Positions 32,190 through 42,042 of a stretch of DNA of 64,000 nt are shown here, piece after piece. A model generated the notes under the pieces. It made no database searches and was not told where the DNA came from. It worked only from the letters and a program-made list of their open reading frames with translations. The position numbers and the translations under genes were made by a program. The stretch spans positions 48,041 to 112,040 of the forward strand of contig JAEZYP010000037.1 in the NCBI GenBank assembly GCA_023418995.1, read 5' to 3'. How positions within the stretch are numbered: position 1 is the first letter of the stretch; each line of letters starts with the position of its first letter. The stretch is from Bacillota bacterium (lineage in GTDB: Bacteria; Bacillota; Clostridia; Oscillospirales; Acutalibacteraceae).

Positions 32190-34625
32190 ATGGCTAATCT
32201 GGAAGAATACAACCGAAAAAGGAATTTTGAAAAAACCGGGGAACCCGAAGGTACAGCGAAACCGCCCGAAGGTCATCTAAAATTTGTCGTTCAGCATCAT
32301 CTTGCCCGAAGAGAGCATTATGATTTTCGGCTTGAGTGGAATGGCGCACTGTTAAGCTGGGCGGTTCCCAAGGGACCTTCCTATAATCCCCGTGATAAGC
32401 GGCTTGCCGTGCAGGTAGAGAACCACCCTCTGGAATACAGAAACTTTGAGGGGCTGATTCCTCAAGGAGAATACGGCGGCGGCGCCGTTATGCTCTGGGA
32501 TGAAGGAACCTGGGAGCCTCAGCCGGATACGGAGGAAGGGCTCCGGACAGGCTCGCTTAAGTTTACTCTGAAAGGCAGAAGACTTAAAGGAAAATGGGCA
32601 TTGGTCCGAATGAAGGCAAAAGAAGGGGAGTCCAAGAAAAACTGGCTATTACTGAAGGAAAAAGACGCCTATGCCCAAGCTGACAGCGGAATTGATATAT
32701 TTAACACCAGCGTCAGAAGCGGTCGAAGCATGGAAGAAATCAAAAATGGCGAGGCTGAAAAAATCACCCGTAATCCTTTTGAAAAAACCGATGTGCAGCT
32801 CGCAAGACTTGTAAACGATGCTCCGGAAGGCGAGGACTGGCTCTACGAAGTTAAGTATGACGGTTACCGGATTTTAGCGTTTCTGGAAGGCAATCATGTC
32901 CGTCTTATCACGAGAAACGGCAACAATTATACGGACAGGTTCTCTGATGTCTCTGCCTCCCTCCTGGATTGGTCTGCCGGAAGGGCGATGGTTTTGGACG
33001 GGGAAATGGCGGTTACAGACGAGCGAGGAAAGACGGATTTTCAGGCGCTGCAAAATTATTTGAAAAATCCGAAGGGCAAAAACCTGACCTATATCGTCTT
33101 TGACCTTCTGGCATTGGATGGCGCTGACCTAAGGGGGCGCAGTCTGATTGACCGAAAAAAGGCACTGAAGACCCTGATGAAAGACGCGCCGAAGAACCTC
33201 TACTACAGTCAGCATCTCAGAGGAAAGGGGAAAGAAAGCTTCGCCGCAGCTTGTCGGGAAAATCTGGAAGGAATCGTCGGCAAGAGAGCAGACTCCGTAT
33301 ACAGCGGTACAAGAAACGGAGACTGGATCAAGCTGAAATGTGATAAACGGCAGGAATTTGTAATCGGAGGATATACTCTCTCTGATAAAAGAGTGTGTGG
33401 AGTTAGCTCGCTGCTTCTCGGTGTCTACGAAGGTGAAGTGCTCATTTATGCCGGTCGGGCCGGAACAGGTCTCACCACCCGAGGCATGGCGGAGCTTGAG
33501 AATCAATTTCTGAGAATTAAAAGGGATACGTCCGCCTTCAAGCAGCCTCCCCGGGTAAGAGCCCATGAAAAAACAACCTGGCTGGAGCCTTGGCTGGTTG
33601 CAGAAATCAAGTTTGCCCAGTGGACCGACGATCATTTGCTGCGGCAGGCAAGCTTTAAGGGCTTGCGAACTGATAAAAATCCGAAGGACATCAGAAAGGA
33701 AGGAGCGGACGAAGAAGCGCCGCTTCAAACACAAACAGAAAATATGGAAAATCCAGAGATAACCGGAAACACCCTCATTATCAGTGGAATTAAGATCACC
33801 CACCCTGAAAAGATAATAGATAACGACCCCGTAATAACGAAGGCGGACGTAATACACTATTACGAAAGAGCAGCAGAACGCATGCTTCCCTATGTATCCC
33901 ACAGGATTTTAAGTATTGTACGCTGTCCCAAGGGAATATCGCAATCCTGCTTCTATAAAAAGCATCCGGGCACGGAAAGCAAAGGGGTTGTTACGATATC
34001 TGTCCCAGCCAAAGACGGAGGATCAGAAAATTATTTCTATATTGAAAATATATCTGGTCTAATCTCCGAAGCACAGATGGGAACGCTGGAATTCCATACC
34101 TGGGGAAGCCGCGCGGAAAATCCGGAGAAGCCTGACATAATGGTGTTTGATCTCGACCCGGATGAGGGTATGGATTTGGAGCAGATTCGTCAGGGCGTGA
34201 AGGATGTTAAAAACATTCTTGCAGAGCTTTCCATCCATTCCTATTTAAAAACTAGCGGCGGCAAAGGATACCATGTGGTGGTTCCCTTTAAGCCCGCTGT
34301 TTCTTGGGATGTATTTCATGATTTTGCGAAACGGGTCGCCGAAGTGATGGAACAGAAATGGCCTGACCGCTATACAAGCAATATCAGGAAGGAAAGACGA
34401 AAAAACAAAATCTTTATTGATTGGATTCGCAACGGCAGAGGCGCCACCAGTATTTCACCCTATTCCATAAGGGCGAGAAAAGGAGCCAAAGTTTCCATGC
34501 CCATTGCTTGGAGTGAATTGGAAACGGTAGCGCCAGACGGCATCAGCATGGCAGATGCTCTTCTGAGAATCAAGGAAAATGACCCGTGGATGGATTTTTT
34601 TCAAAACAGTCAGGCGTTAAAATAA
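32190..34625 (+). CDS. ligD: DNA ligase D (phosphoesterase, ATP-dependent ligase, primase-polymerase domains)
   Basis: N-terminal FVVQHHLARREHYDFRLE...WAVPKGPS (PE domain), EVKYDGYR ligase motif I, and a C-terminal LigD polymerase region. 811 aa. Confidence 0.9.
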   Translation: MANLEEYNRKRNFEKTGEPEGTAKPPEGHLKFVVQHHLARREHYDFRLEWNGALLSWAVPKGPSYNPRDKRLAVQVENHPLEYRNFEGLIPQGEYGGGAVMLWDEGTWEPQPDTEEGLRTGSLKFTLKGRRLKGKWALVRMKAKEGESKKNWLLLKEKDAYAQADSGIDIFNTSVRSGRSMEEIKNGEAEKITRNPFEKTDVQLARLVNDAPEGEDWLYEVKYDGYRILAFLEGNHVRLITRNGNNYTDRFSDVSASLLDWSAGRAMVLDGEMAVTDERGKTDFQALQNYLKNPKGKNLTYIVFDLLALDGADLRGRSLIDRKKALKTLMKDAPKNLYYSQHLRGKGKESFAAACRENLEGIVGKRADSVYSGTRNGDWIKLKCDKRQEFVIGGYTLSDKRVCGVSSLLLGVYEGEVLIYAGRAGTGLTTRGMAELENQFLRIKRDTSAFKQPPRVRAHEKTTWLEPWLVAEIKFAQWTDDHLLRQASFKGLRTDKNPKDIRKEGADEEAPLQTQTENMENPEITGNTLIISGIKITHPEKIIDNDPVITKADVIHYYERAAERMLPYVSHRILSIVRCPKGISQSCFYKKHPGTESKGVVTISVPAKDGGSENYFYIENISGLISEAQMGTLEFHTWGSRAENPEKPDIMVFDLDPDEGMDLEQIRQGVKDVKNILAELSIHSYLKTSGGKGYHVVVPFKPAVSWDVFHDFAKRVAEVMEQKWPDRYTSNIRKERRKNKIFIDWIRNGRGATSISPYSIRARKGAKVSMPIAWSELETVAPDGISMADALLRIKENDPWMDFFQNSQALK

Positions 34626-34758
34626 CGCACAAATTTTTCATGGTGTTAAGCAAAGATGTTACGAATTATTTTATTTCTGCGCACAAACCGACAAGATTTA
34701 TATTCGAAACCGTTTATGCTTTAGATATAGCACTTGCAGCATTGGCAAGCGGGTGCAA

Positions 34759-34798
34759 AACGCTCTTATGTGTCACTGGTAGGACACATAAGAGCGTT
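34759..34798 (+). terminator. Perfect 16-bp hairpin downstream of ligD (weak T tract)
   Basis: AACGCTCTTATGTGTC, 8-nt loop, GACACATAAGAGCGTT, followed by ACTCTTT. Confidence 0.45.
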
Positions 34799-34928
34799 AC
34801 TCTTTATGAATGAAAAACAGGATTTTCCAGCTGTAATTTTTATGGTAATGTCTCATAGCGCAATCGCCCCGGCTTGCTGTTGTGTATGTTTGCCTTCAAA
34901 TGAGGTAAGCTAATTTCGAGGTGATAAT

Positions 34929-35084
34929 ATGATTCCTTACTGCGGATGGAATAAAAATTCCGGTAATAACATGGAAGCAACGGGCGATTACGATTTTTTA
35001 GAAATTAATGAAGCTTTCAGCAAAAAAGAGGAAACAAAAAAAGAAGAGGACGAATCAGACGAAATCTCTGTTCCTCCGCTGTGA
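34929..35084 (+). CDS. Small acidic-tailed protein (51 aa), hypothetical
   Basis: GAGGTG RBS 5 nt upstream. MIPYCGWNKNSGNNMEATGDYDFLEINEAFSKKEETKKEEDESDEISVPPL. Below the ORF-track cutoff. Confidence 0.4.
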   Translation: MIPYCGWNKNSGNNMEATGDYDFLEINEAFSKKEETKKEEDESDEISVPPL

Positions 35085-35364
35085 TACCAACTGTTATTCA
35101 CTTAGGTATCACTCTGAAATAATACAGCTTTTTTAACAGGCTGTGTGACGTCTACTTTAGCATCTTATTCTATTTGTTTTATTTCTCTACTTCTTCCATC
35201 TTTAGAAAAATAAAACTGAAACGGTTTAGCTGGCGATTTTCCAATATTGTATTAATACGGAAAAATTTCAAGCACTATAACTAAGTTTAACAAGAAATCA
35301 ATTTGTTTTTTTACAAATGATTCAATATCTTACCATATTTTATATAACTTTCCATGATTTGCAT

Positions 35365-35501
35365 TTGCAAAACATTTTAATATTTTATAATATATAAATG
35401 TGCTATGAGAGATGATGGAGGTGAAGTGATCGGCAAGTTCTTTGACTGTAGAGCTTGACAAAACCCATCAAATTGCCGCCCCTGAAAAGGGCGGCATTTT
35501 T
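35365..35501 (+). ncRNA. Orphan promoter-to-terminator unit (~100-nt candidate sRNA or micro-ORF transcript)
   Basis: TTGCAA, 15/17-nt spacer, TATAAT/TAATAT at 35365-35393. Strong terminator TGCCGCCC-CTGAAAA-GGGCGGCA-TTTTT at 35474-35501. No ORF longer than 17 aa lies between them. Confidence 0.35.
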
Positions 35502-35770
35502 ATTACAAAAAATATGGATTTATCTATATTTTGTGCCGAAAACAAGACTTCAATCATTATCTTCCATTATACATTGAAAATGTCTTATTTTTGTCTTATT
35601 GTCTCTAAAATCTTTAGTATTATATTGAATTATTTATGAAAATCTCCTATTTTTACCTATTCTTCAAAATGACTTTTAAACCGACTTTTTTCGCTATTGA
35701 TATTTCAAACAAATTCGACTAATATAAGAACCGTTGTGAAATTCATATAAAAAAAGGAGAAGATGAAAAA

Positions 35771-36010
35771 ATGGAAAAAATCAGTATCAGTGTTCGCTCT
35801 TTAAAAGAGAAATTAATAGAATTTGAAAAGGATGGCATGGAGCTTGCAGAGCTGCACTTCATTCCAAGCCAGATTGATGACGGCAACATGAATCCCGCAT
35901 TTATCCATTTGGAGGGAATCTCAAAAAATGGCGCGTATAAGGATTATGAGAGTATTGGTGAATACTCCGTGATGAATTACTTATTAATGCATATGGCCTG
36001 CAAGGCTTAA
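35771..36010 (+). CDS. Hypothetical small protein (79 aa)
   Basis: ORF track; AAGGAG lies upstream. Family not recognised. Confidence 0.5.
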   Translation: MEKISISVRSLKEKLIEFEKDGMELAELHFIPSQIDDGNMNPAFIHLEGISKNGAYKDYESIGEYSVMNYLLMHMACKA

Positions 36011-36093
36011 TAATAATAGAACCCGGTAATGACACGTCCCCTGTTTTGTGCTATAATTTTAAAAAAGCTATTATTGAAACAGAGGAGACGTCA

Positions 36094-36753
36094 ATGAACT
36101 GCCCACCTTTCGTCATCGGCGTCGCGGGCGGTACCGGTTCGGGGAAAACGACACTGGCCACAAAGCTTAAGAAAGCGATACGCGACGACGCAATTATTCT
36201 GTCCCATGATTTTTACTACCGGGACAACGCGAGCCTGACCTATGAGGAACGAACCAAGCTGAACTATGATCACCCGAACGCTTTCGATACCGACCTGCTG
36301 ATCGCGGATATTAAAAAGCTCAAAAGCGGACAGGCCATTCAACACCCGCAATATTCCTTTGTGAACCACACGAGGACGGATATCACCGTACACGTGGAAC
36401 CGACTCCGGTTATTATCGTGGAAGGAATCCTTATTTTTGAAAACAGAGAGCTGCTTGAGTTGATGGATATCAAGGTGTTTGTTGATACAGACGCGGATAT
36501 CCGGCTGATACGCCGCCTAATGCGTGATGTAAAAGAGCGCGGCAGAAGCCTTGATTCCGTAATAGAGCAGTATTTGGGCACCGTAAAGCCGATGCACGAG
36601 CAATTTGTGGAGCCCAGTAAAAAGAACGCCGACGTTATAATTCCCGAGGGCGGAGAAAACCTGGTTGCCCTCCATATGCTGATCGACCGCATTAACGCGC
36701 TGATCAACCACACAACTGAAAACGTCATCGATCAAAAAACGTCCCACGGGTGA
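36094..36753 (+). CDS. udk: Uridine kinase
   Basis: From ATG 36094 (GAGGAG RBS): MNCPPFVIGVAGGTGSGKTTLATKL...NYDHPNAFD... Confidence 0.9.
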   Translation: MNCPPFVIGVAGGTGSGKTTLATKLKKAIRDDAIILSHDFYYRDNASLTYEERTKLNYDHPNAFDTDLLIADIKKLKSGQAIQHPQYSFVNHTRTDITVHVEPTPVIIVEGILIFENRELLELMDIKVFVDTDADIRLIRRLMRDVKERGRSLDSVIEQYLGTVKPMHEQFVEPSKKNADVIIPEGGENLVALHMLIDRINALINHTTENVIDQKTSHG

Positions 36754-36787
36754 AAACCCGGGGACGTTTTCTTTCGCATAGTTACGC

Positions 36788-38050
36788 TCAATTGTCCGTA
36801 GTAACAAATCCAATTACATTGCCGCCCGATGTTTTCAAACGGTGGAAGGAATCCTTAAACTCCTGATACGCGGTCGAGCCATACTTTGCCACCATAATAA
36901 CCGAGCCTGCAAGCTTTGCGATGTTATCGGCGTCGGGATAACGTACCTCCGATGGAGCGCAGATTACGATTTCATCGTACTTCGGCGTAACTTCCTGCAA
37001 CAGCTCCATGAATTTATCTGACGCGAGCAAGTCGGCAACGTCACCCTCACTACTCTGAACTCCGGAGATTACGTCCATTCCGTTGACCTGTGCGGAACAT
37101 ACAGCCTGCTGTGCGGAACATTTTCCGGTAAGAATATCGACCAGGCTCTTTTCAATTTTTAGATTCAGGGCATTCGCAATCGTATGGGAACGAAGGTCCG
37201 CGTCAATAACCAAAACGGTTTTCCCGGAGCGGGCAATCGCACTCGCCAATCCGACCGCAACAGACGGTGCACCGTTGTTTAAGCAGACATCCGTTACCAG
37301 AAAGCTCTTTTTTCCGTTTGCCTGATTAACAGCGGCGGCACGAAGTTTGCGGTAGCTGTCCAGCTTTTTATCTTCGCCGCCCTTCTTGGGGACCGTGCCC
37401 AAAAGCTCCGTTTGGAGCGCTTCGCTGACATAGCGGCTGTTACGGATGGTCTTATCCAGAAGCACGACGACAATTCCGAAGCAAACACATAAAATAAAGC
37501 CAATGATGAGCCCAATAATTCCGGCTTTGACCATCGTTGATTTATTGGACTGAGGCTTCTGCGGAATGGCCTTGTCGCTGATTACCGCGCTAATTTTCGG
37601 TGACGGAAAGGCAGCGGTCAGCTTTTCCGAGATTACCTGCGCCGCCGTATCCGAGATCTGGGCGGCAAGCTCCGCGTTTGGCGTGCTGGCAGAAAGCTTA
37701 ACAGCCGGGGCGGTTCCCACCTGCGTACCGGTAATGGACGTAATCTCACTCTCTTTAATGCCAAGCTTTTGAGCAGTCTGCGTAATAATATCGCTGCCGG
37801 AAGCCATCGCAATAGCCGTCTGTACACGGCTGTTCAAAATGCTGGTGAACTGAAGGCGGTAGTCGGTTCCGGCGTTTTCCGGAATATCGCAGGTTACGAT
37901 GACGGTTGTGAACGTGGAATATTCGTTGTGCACAAAGCGGAGCGGCAAAAGCCCGCAAATGATGCCGAACAGCGCGATAACCGCGAAGAATTTGAGCAGA
38001 TTCCTTTTAAAGTACTCCATAATCTCCGTAAAGCTTACAAACAGTTCCAT
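36788..38050 (-). CDS. Polysaccharide co-polymerase (Wzz-like) fused to a degenerate BY-kinase-like ATPase domain
   Basis: Two TM segments flank a ~150-aa loop. Walker A' VLVIDADLR is present, but the P-loop reads CLNNGAPS (no GK[ST]). No C-terminal Tyr cluster. Confidence 0.65.
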   Translation of the reverse strand: MELFVSFTEIMEYFKRNLLKFFAVIALFGIICGLLPLRFVHNEYSTFTTVIVTCDIPENAGTDYRLQFTSILNSRVQTAIAMASGSDIITQTAQKLGIKESEITSITGTQVGTAPAVKLSASTPNAELAAQISDTAAQVISEKLTAAFPSPKISAVISDKAIPQKPQSNKSTMVKAGIIGLIIGFILCVCFGIVVVLLDKTIRNSRYVSEALQTELLGTVPKKGGEDKKLDSYRKLRAAAVNQANGKKSFLVTDVCLNNGAPSVAVGLASAIARSGKTVLVIDADLRSHTIANALNLKIEKSLVDILTGKCSAQQAVCSAQVNGMDVISGVQSSEGDVADLLASDKFMELLQEVTPKYDEIVICAPSEVRYPDADNIAKLAGSVIMVAKYGSTAYQEFKDSFHRLKTSGGNVIGFVTTDN

Positions 38051-38069
38051 AGGGATACCTCCGTTTTTA

Positions 38070-39236
38070 TTAATTGCAAAAGTCCAGAATTTTTTTCATT
38101 AATATCTTCCAGTCGTAGTTCTGTTCAGCAAATTCTCTTTCCTGACTGGTAATAGCCGGATTTCTGCGGCACTGCTGTACAAAATCAACGACCTGTTCCA
38201 TATCGACCGGCGTTGCGTCGTTCGGCAGCTTCAGCGCAAAGGGCGCTTTAGCGGCATCCAGCTTTTCATCCTCATAGGCGTAGAGAAACGGAAGCCCTGC
38301 GGCGCAATATTCCCTTGCCTTTAACGAGGAGCAGCCGGTAAGCCCCCTTCGGTAACAGCCGAGCGATGAGGCCCCCACATCCACCGTCCGATAGATATCA
38401 AACAGCTCTTTGCCCTTTTTAAAACCACAGCAGGTGACGTCCCCGGTCAGGTCAAGTCGCTCCACCAGCGCGTGGAATTCCGGCATCTCAGTGGCGTCGC
38501 CGCCGACCAGAACAAATTTTAAGGCGGGCTGCCCTGCTTTGCGGTTCTTTTGATACTCACTCATGCCCTGCAAAATTCGATCGTAACCCTGCCACCACAG
38601 TGTACCCGCAACTCCAAGTATCGCTATATCCTTCCCGGTGTCGCCGCAGTGGGGAACCGGCTCGATTTTATCGATATTGATTCCGTTGTCGCCGTTCATT
38701 GCCTTAACCCCAAAAAAGGAATCGGCCTTATTGCCATAGAGAATGACCGCATCCACGTATTTTTTCAGCAATAGGCCGGAGGTGCGGTCGATGGCGGTTA
38801 CTGCAGCGACCTTTGCGGCAGTAACCGCTCGGCTTTTTAGTGTCTTTGCGTATTTTATGTTACGGATATAATCGAACAAATACGGATAATTGGGTATTTC
38901 CACCGCAATGGTTTTCACATGGTTTTCCCGTGCCGTTTTGCAGATTTGGATCAGATCAAAGCTAATTCTATCCATGCGCAAATATAAAATGTCAAAGGAA
39001 TTCCGCTTGAGATATTCGTTTGCAATTGCAGCAAACTGCTTCATTTTGCCTTTTTTCGGATCGATTTCGTTTGTAACCGAATCGGCGCCAAAAAAAACAA
39101 ATTGATTTCCCCGCCACATGGAACAGGTAACCTCGTAGCCCAGCTTTTGAAAAGCCGCTGTTTGCCCTTCAATTTTATTTTTTACCCCAAGATAAAGCGG
39201 AGCATCCTCCTGAAAAGTGAGGTACATCAATTTCAT
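38070..39236 (-). CDS. Glycosyltransferase (GT-B fold, GT4-like)
   Basis: 388 aa; ...SLKAREYCAAGLPFLY... resembles the GT-B C-terminal motif. Sits in the polysaccharide cluster. Confidence 0.6.
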   Translation of the reverse strand: MKLMYLTFQEDAPLYLGVKNKIEGQTAAFQKLGYEVTCSMWRGNQFVFFGADSVTNEIDPKKGKMKQFAAIANEYLKRNSFDILYLRMDRISFDLIQICKTARENHVKTIAVEIPNYPYLFDYIRNIKYAKTLKSRAVTAAKVAAVTAIDRTSGLLLKKYVDAVILYGNKADSFFGVKAMNGDNGINIDKIEPVPHCGDTGKDIAILGVAGTLWWQGYDRILQGMSEYQKNRKAGQPALKFVLVGGDATEMPEFHALVERLDLTGDVTCCGFKKGKELFDIYRTVDVGASSLGCYRRGLTGCSSLKAREYCAAGLPFLYAYEDEKLDAAKAPFALKLPNDATPVDMEQVVDFVQQCRRNPAITSQEREFAEQNYDWKILMKKILDFCN

Positions 39237-40453
39237 CGGCTTATCTCCTCATAAAAGCGCCTGTAATTTTCCGCCGCGTTAAACTTTTTTGTCCACATTC
39301 CGCGCGCTCCGGCGCAAAGGCGGTCATATTCGTCCTCCGGTATGGATTGTAACATGCGAAGCTTTTCAATCAGCTCCTCCGGTTGAAAATCCGCCGGCAG
39401 CAGATAGCCATTTTCGCCGTCAAACACAGCCTCCCTGGTTCCACCCACATCGGTCGCGACAACCGGGATGCCAAATGAGCAAGCCTCCATGACGGAGACA
39501 GGAATTCCCTCACTGGAGCTTACATTGACGAACGCGGTAATATCATTATTCTGATAGTAACGCATGATGGCATCATGCTCCGTCTGTCCGAGGAAGTCGG
39601 TTTGAACCTTATCCGGGAGCTCCTTCGCCAGGTCTTTGATTTCTTTCTCCAGCGGACCGGAGCCGATATGCGTCCAGAGCACCGAAAAATCTATTTGCCT
39701 GAGCGCCTCCACAAGGAGGTGCAGCCGTTTGACCGCTACCATATAGGAGCAGGAAACCAGATGAAAGCGCGGGCTTCGGCTCCCTTTTTTTTCTCCGCAG
39801 TCAGAAGTTCCAAGAAAGGAGGTTTCAATTTTATGCGAAAACTCCGGGAACCGGTTGGCTATGGTCTCCACCCCGTTGACCGAACAGGGGTAAAGCCTGT
39901 CCACATGGGTGAGCAGAAACCGGCGCATCGGAAGATACCCGTGTTCGGAACGCTCTTCATGGACGTCAAACCCGTGCGCGCGTGAAACCTGTGTTACTTT
40001 TACCCCACGTTTACGCAAAGCCTGGGCAAGCAGAACTCCCGCGACTGCGGCGTCGTAAAACCAATAGCTGTAAATCGTTACCTTGCTTGCTCTTCCGATC
40101 TCCCTGATTGAAAGGAGCGACTCATATATTTCATGTGCATTTCTTAAAAAGAACAGCATCTCATGCACTCTGGCTGAGCTGAACCGCCCGGCTTGAACCA
40201 GGGAAATGATTTCGCCGAGTGCATACGGCTTTGCAAGCAGCTTTGTATAAGCGGATTTTTCCGTCGGCTTTCTTCGGAGCGGCTTGCAGGAAACGGATTT
40301 CGGCAGCTTCTTGGTAATCTTGGAATCCTTCTTTAAATTACACGGGCAGACCAGCACGCGGTCAAAGCCGTTGATATACTTGATCTCCTCGGAAAGAAAT
40401 TCCTCTCCGCTGTCGTAGGGAAACGCGGCGGTCAGCAAAATCAGCATTTTCAT
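39233..40453 (-). CDS. Glycosyltransferase family 4
   Basis: SSSEGIPVSVMEACSFGIPVVATDVGGTREAVFDGENGYL. ATG 40453 forms an ATGA overlap with the upstream stop. Confidence 0.8.
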   Translation of the reverse strand: MKMLILLTAAFPYDSGEEFLSEEIKYINGFDRVLVCPCNLKKDSKITKKLPKSVSCKPLRRKPTEKSAYTKLLAKPYALGEIISLVQAGRFSSARVHEMLFFLRNAHEIYESLLSIREIGRASKVTIYSYWFYDAAVAGVLLAQALRKRGVKVTQVSRAHGFDVHEERSEHGYLPMRRFLLTHVDRLYPCSVNGVETIANRFPEFSHKIETSFLGTSDCGEKKGSRSPRFHLVSCSYMVAVKRLHLLVEALRQIDFSVLWTHIGSGPLEKEIKDLAKELPDKVQTDFLGQTEHDAIMRYYQNNDITAFVNVSSSEGIPVSVMEACSFGIPVVATDVGGTREAVFDGENGYLLPADFQPEELIEKLRMLQSIPEDEYDRLCAGARGMWTKKFNAAENYRRFYEEISR

Positions 40454-42006
40454 AGCGTTTCCTCCATGCCGTACAACCGCTTTTCCAGAGGCTTCGCCGC
40501 ACGAATATGCGTCCCAACCCGGTAAAGCAGCAACGCTGCCAGGTACAGCGCGACAAAAAAGCAGACATAGGTAATATTGAACACCTCGGTTACCCACAGA
40601 AACGCAAAGCTGCGTGGCAGGTAAATAAAGTTTTTAATCGCGAGCAGAGAAAAGGTGATAACCACCCAGTTGCGGGTAAGCATCGATGCAAAGAAGCGGA
40701 AAATCAGGCCAATCAGCGCACTGACCAGAATTACCCCCAGAATACGGTAGGCGACATAAGCCTCCGCGATATAGGAGGTTCCGAAGCCACCGCCGGACAA
40801 ATAGCGATCCGGGTCGACCATATAGGTAAGCGCGTGGGCGAAATTATGCGTTGATTGCACAAAATCGGAATTTTGCACTTCAATAATCGGCTTTAATCCA
40901 AAAACTGTGCGGGTCACTACGTTGTTGTGCACAAACAGCTCAAACGGATAGAATAAATATTGATAGGACTTTGTAACCGGAAATAAGGCGATATGGTTGA
41001 CCGCCTGAATCACGACGCGGAAGCTTGCGCCCTGTGAATCGATAAAACTGACCATCATCTCACCGATACCCCGGTCAGTATTCAGATTTGATCGAATCAG
41101 CGCCAAAAGCTGCAGCAGATAGACGGCTATTACACCAAACAAACCGGAATAGGCAACCGTTTTCTTTTTAATGACCCGCTTTTCCTTCGGCAGTAGGGTA
41201 TCGCGCAGAACAAGGTAAGTAACCAACATAAGACCTTCCGTCACGATCGTGGTTCTTCTTCCGGTAAACAGAGAGGACAGCATATAAACACCGTAAACGA
41301 CCATTGGAAGCTTCATTTGCTTCTTATTGGGAAGCGTTGCCAGAAAGACCGCAAAGGATGGAACAAAGAACATGGCAAGCCGGCTGATAACACCCGGAAT
41401 TTGTACGGTACTGGTAAAGGAACTCTGATAACCGTGTCTTAAAACGTTAAGAGCAGTCAATAAAAGGGTATAAAAGAAGGGAATCGAACTTACAAAAAGC
41501 ACGATTTCACTAAGCTGGCGGATAATCGGTACCAATCCGTCATGGCTCACAGCATCCAGGCCGCGTTCGCGGATTGCCTTCTCTCTTTTGGCAAAAATCG
41601 GGGCGGCCATTCGGTATGCCAGAAATACACTTAGCAGGGAAACCGTTACAACCTGAAGCGCCTGAAACAAATTTTCAAAGCTGGTCGCTTCCAGAAGCAG
41701 CAAAATCTTGTGGTTATAATTGATCCATGAATTATAAACGCGGCCAAGTAAAAGAAGGTCGAAAGCACCGACAAATACCAAAAGCGCAAAATCGCGCCGG
41801 ATGTTCGTTATTAAACTGCTGAAAATGGATACATTCAGCATGATAATGGCGACAAGCATAATATTTACGCCGTACTTCCAGCAATCTCCGCCGAATACGG
41901 TAATAAAATTCGCGGTAAGAAGCAGAAGCAGGGACAGCCCGAATAAAACGGTGTCCCGGGCAAAGTCATTTGCCTTTATTTTGATCATTGACACACTTCC
42001 CATCAT
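40450..42006 (-). CDS. Polytopic membrane protein, Wzy-like O-antigen/EPS polymerase (tentative)
   Basis: 518 aa with more than 10 hydrophobic segments. Sits in the glycosyltransferase cluster. Confidence 0.5.
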   Translation of the reverse strand: MMGSVSMIKIKANDFARDTVLFGLSLLLLLTANFITVFGGDCWKYGVNIMLVAIIMLNVSIFSSLITNIRRDFALLVFVGAFDLLLLGRVYNSWINYNHKILLLLEATSFENLFQALQVVTVSLLSVFLAYRMAAPIFAKREKAIRERGLDAVSHDGLVPIIRQLSEIVLFVSSIPFFYTLLLTALNVLRHGYQSSFTSTVQIPGVISRLAMFFVPSFAVFLATLPNKKQMKLPMVVYGVYMLSSLFTGRRTTIVTEGLMLVTYLVLRDTLLPKEKRVIKKKTVAYSGLFGVIAVYLLQLLALIRSNLNTDRGIGEMMVSFIDSQGASFRVVIQAVNHIALFPVTKSYQYLFYPFELFVHNNVVTRTVFGLKPIIEVQNSDFVQSTHNFAHALTYMVDPDRYLSGGGFGTSYIAEAYVAYRILGVILVSALIGLIFRFFASMLTRNWVVITFSLLAIKNFIYLPRSFAFLWVTEVFNITYVCFFVALYLAALLLYRVGTHIRAAKPLEKRLYGMEETL

Positions 42007-42042
42007 GCGATTCTGTTATTATAGCAGAACAAATGGCGATTT

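Noticed and set aside
33129-33902. 257-aa minus-strand ORF inside ligD
   Set aside because: It is antisense to a CDS with clear ligase and polymerase motifs and has no motif or RBS support.
34929-35084. AgrD-like autoinducing-peptide precursor (Cys near the N-terminus, acidic tail)
   Set aside because: No agrB-like or other processing gene is nearby. The Cys sits at residue 5, with no amphipathic leader before it.
35442-35639. 65-aa TTG-start ORF from the ORF track
   Set aside because: It reads straight through the strong terminator hairpin at 35474-35501, has no RBS, and has AT-rich low-complexity composition.
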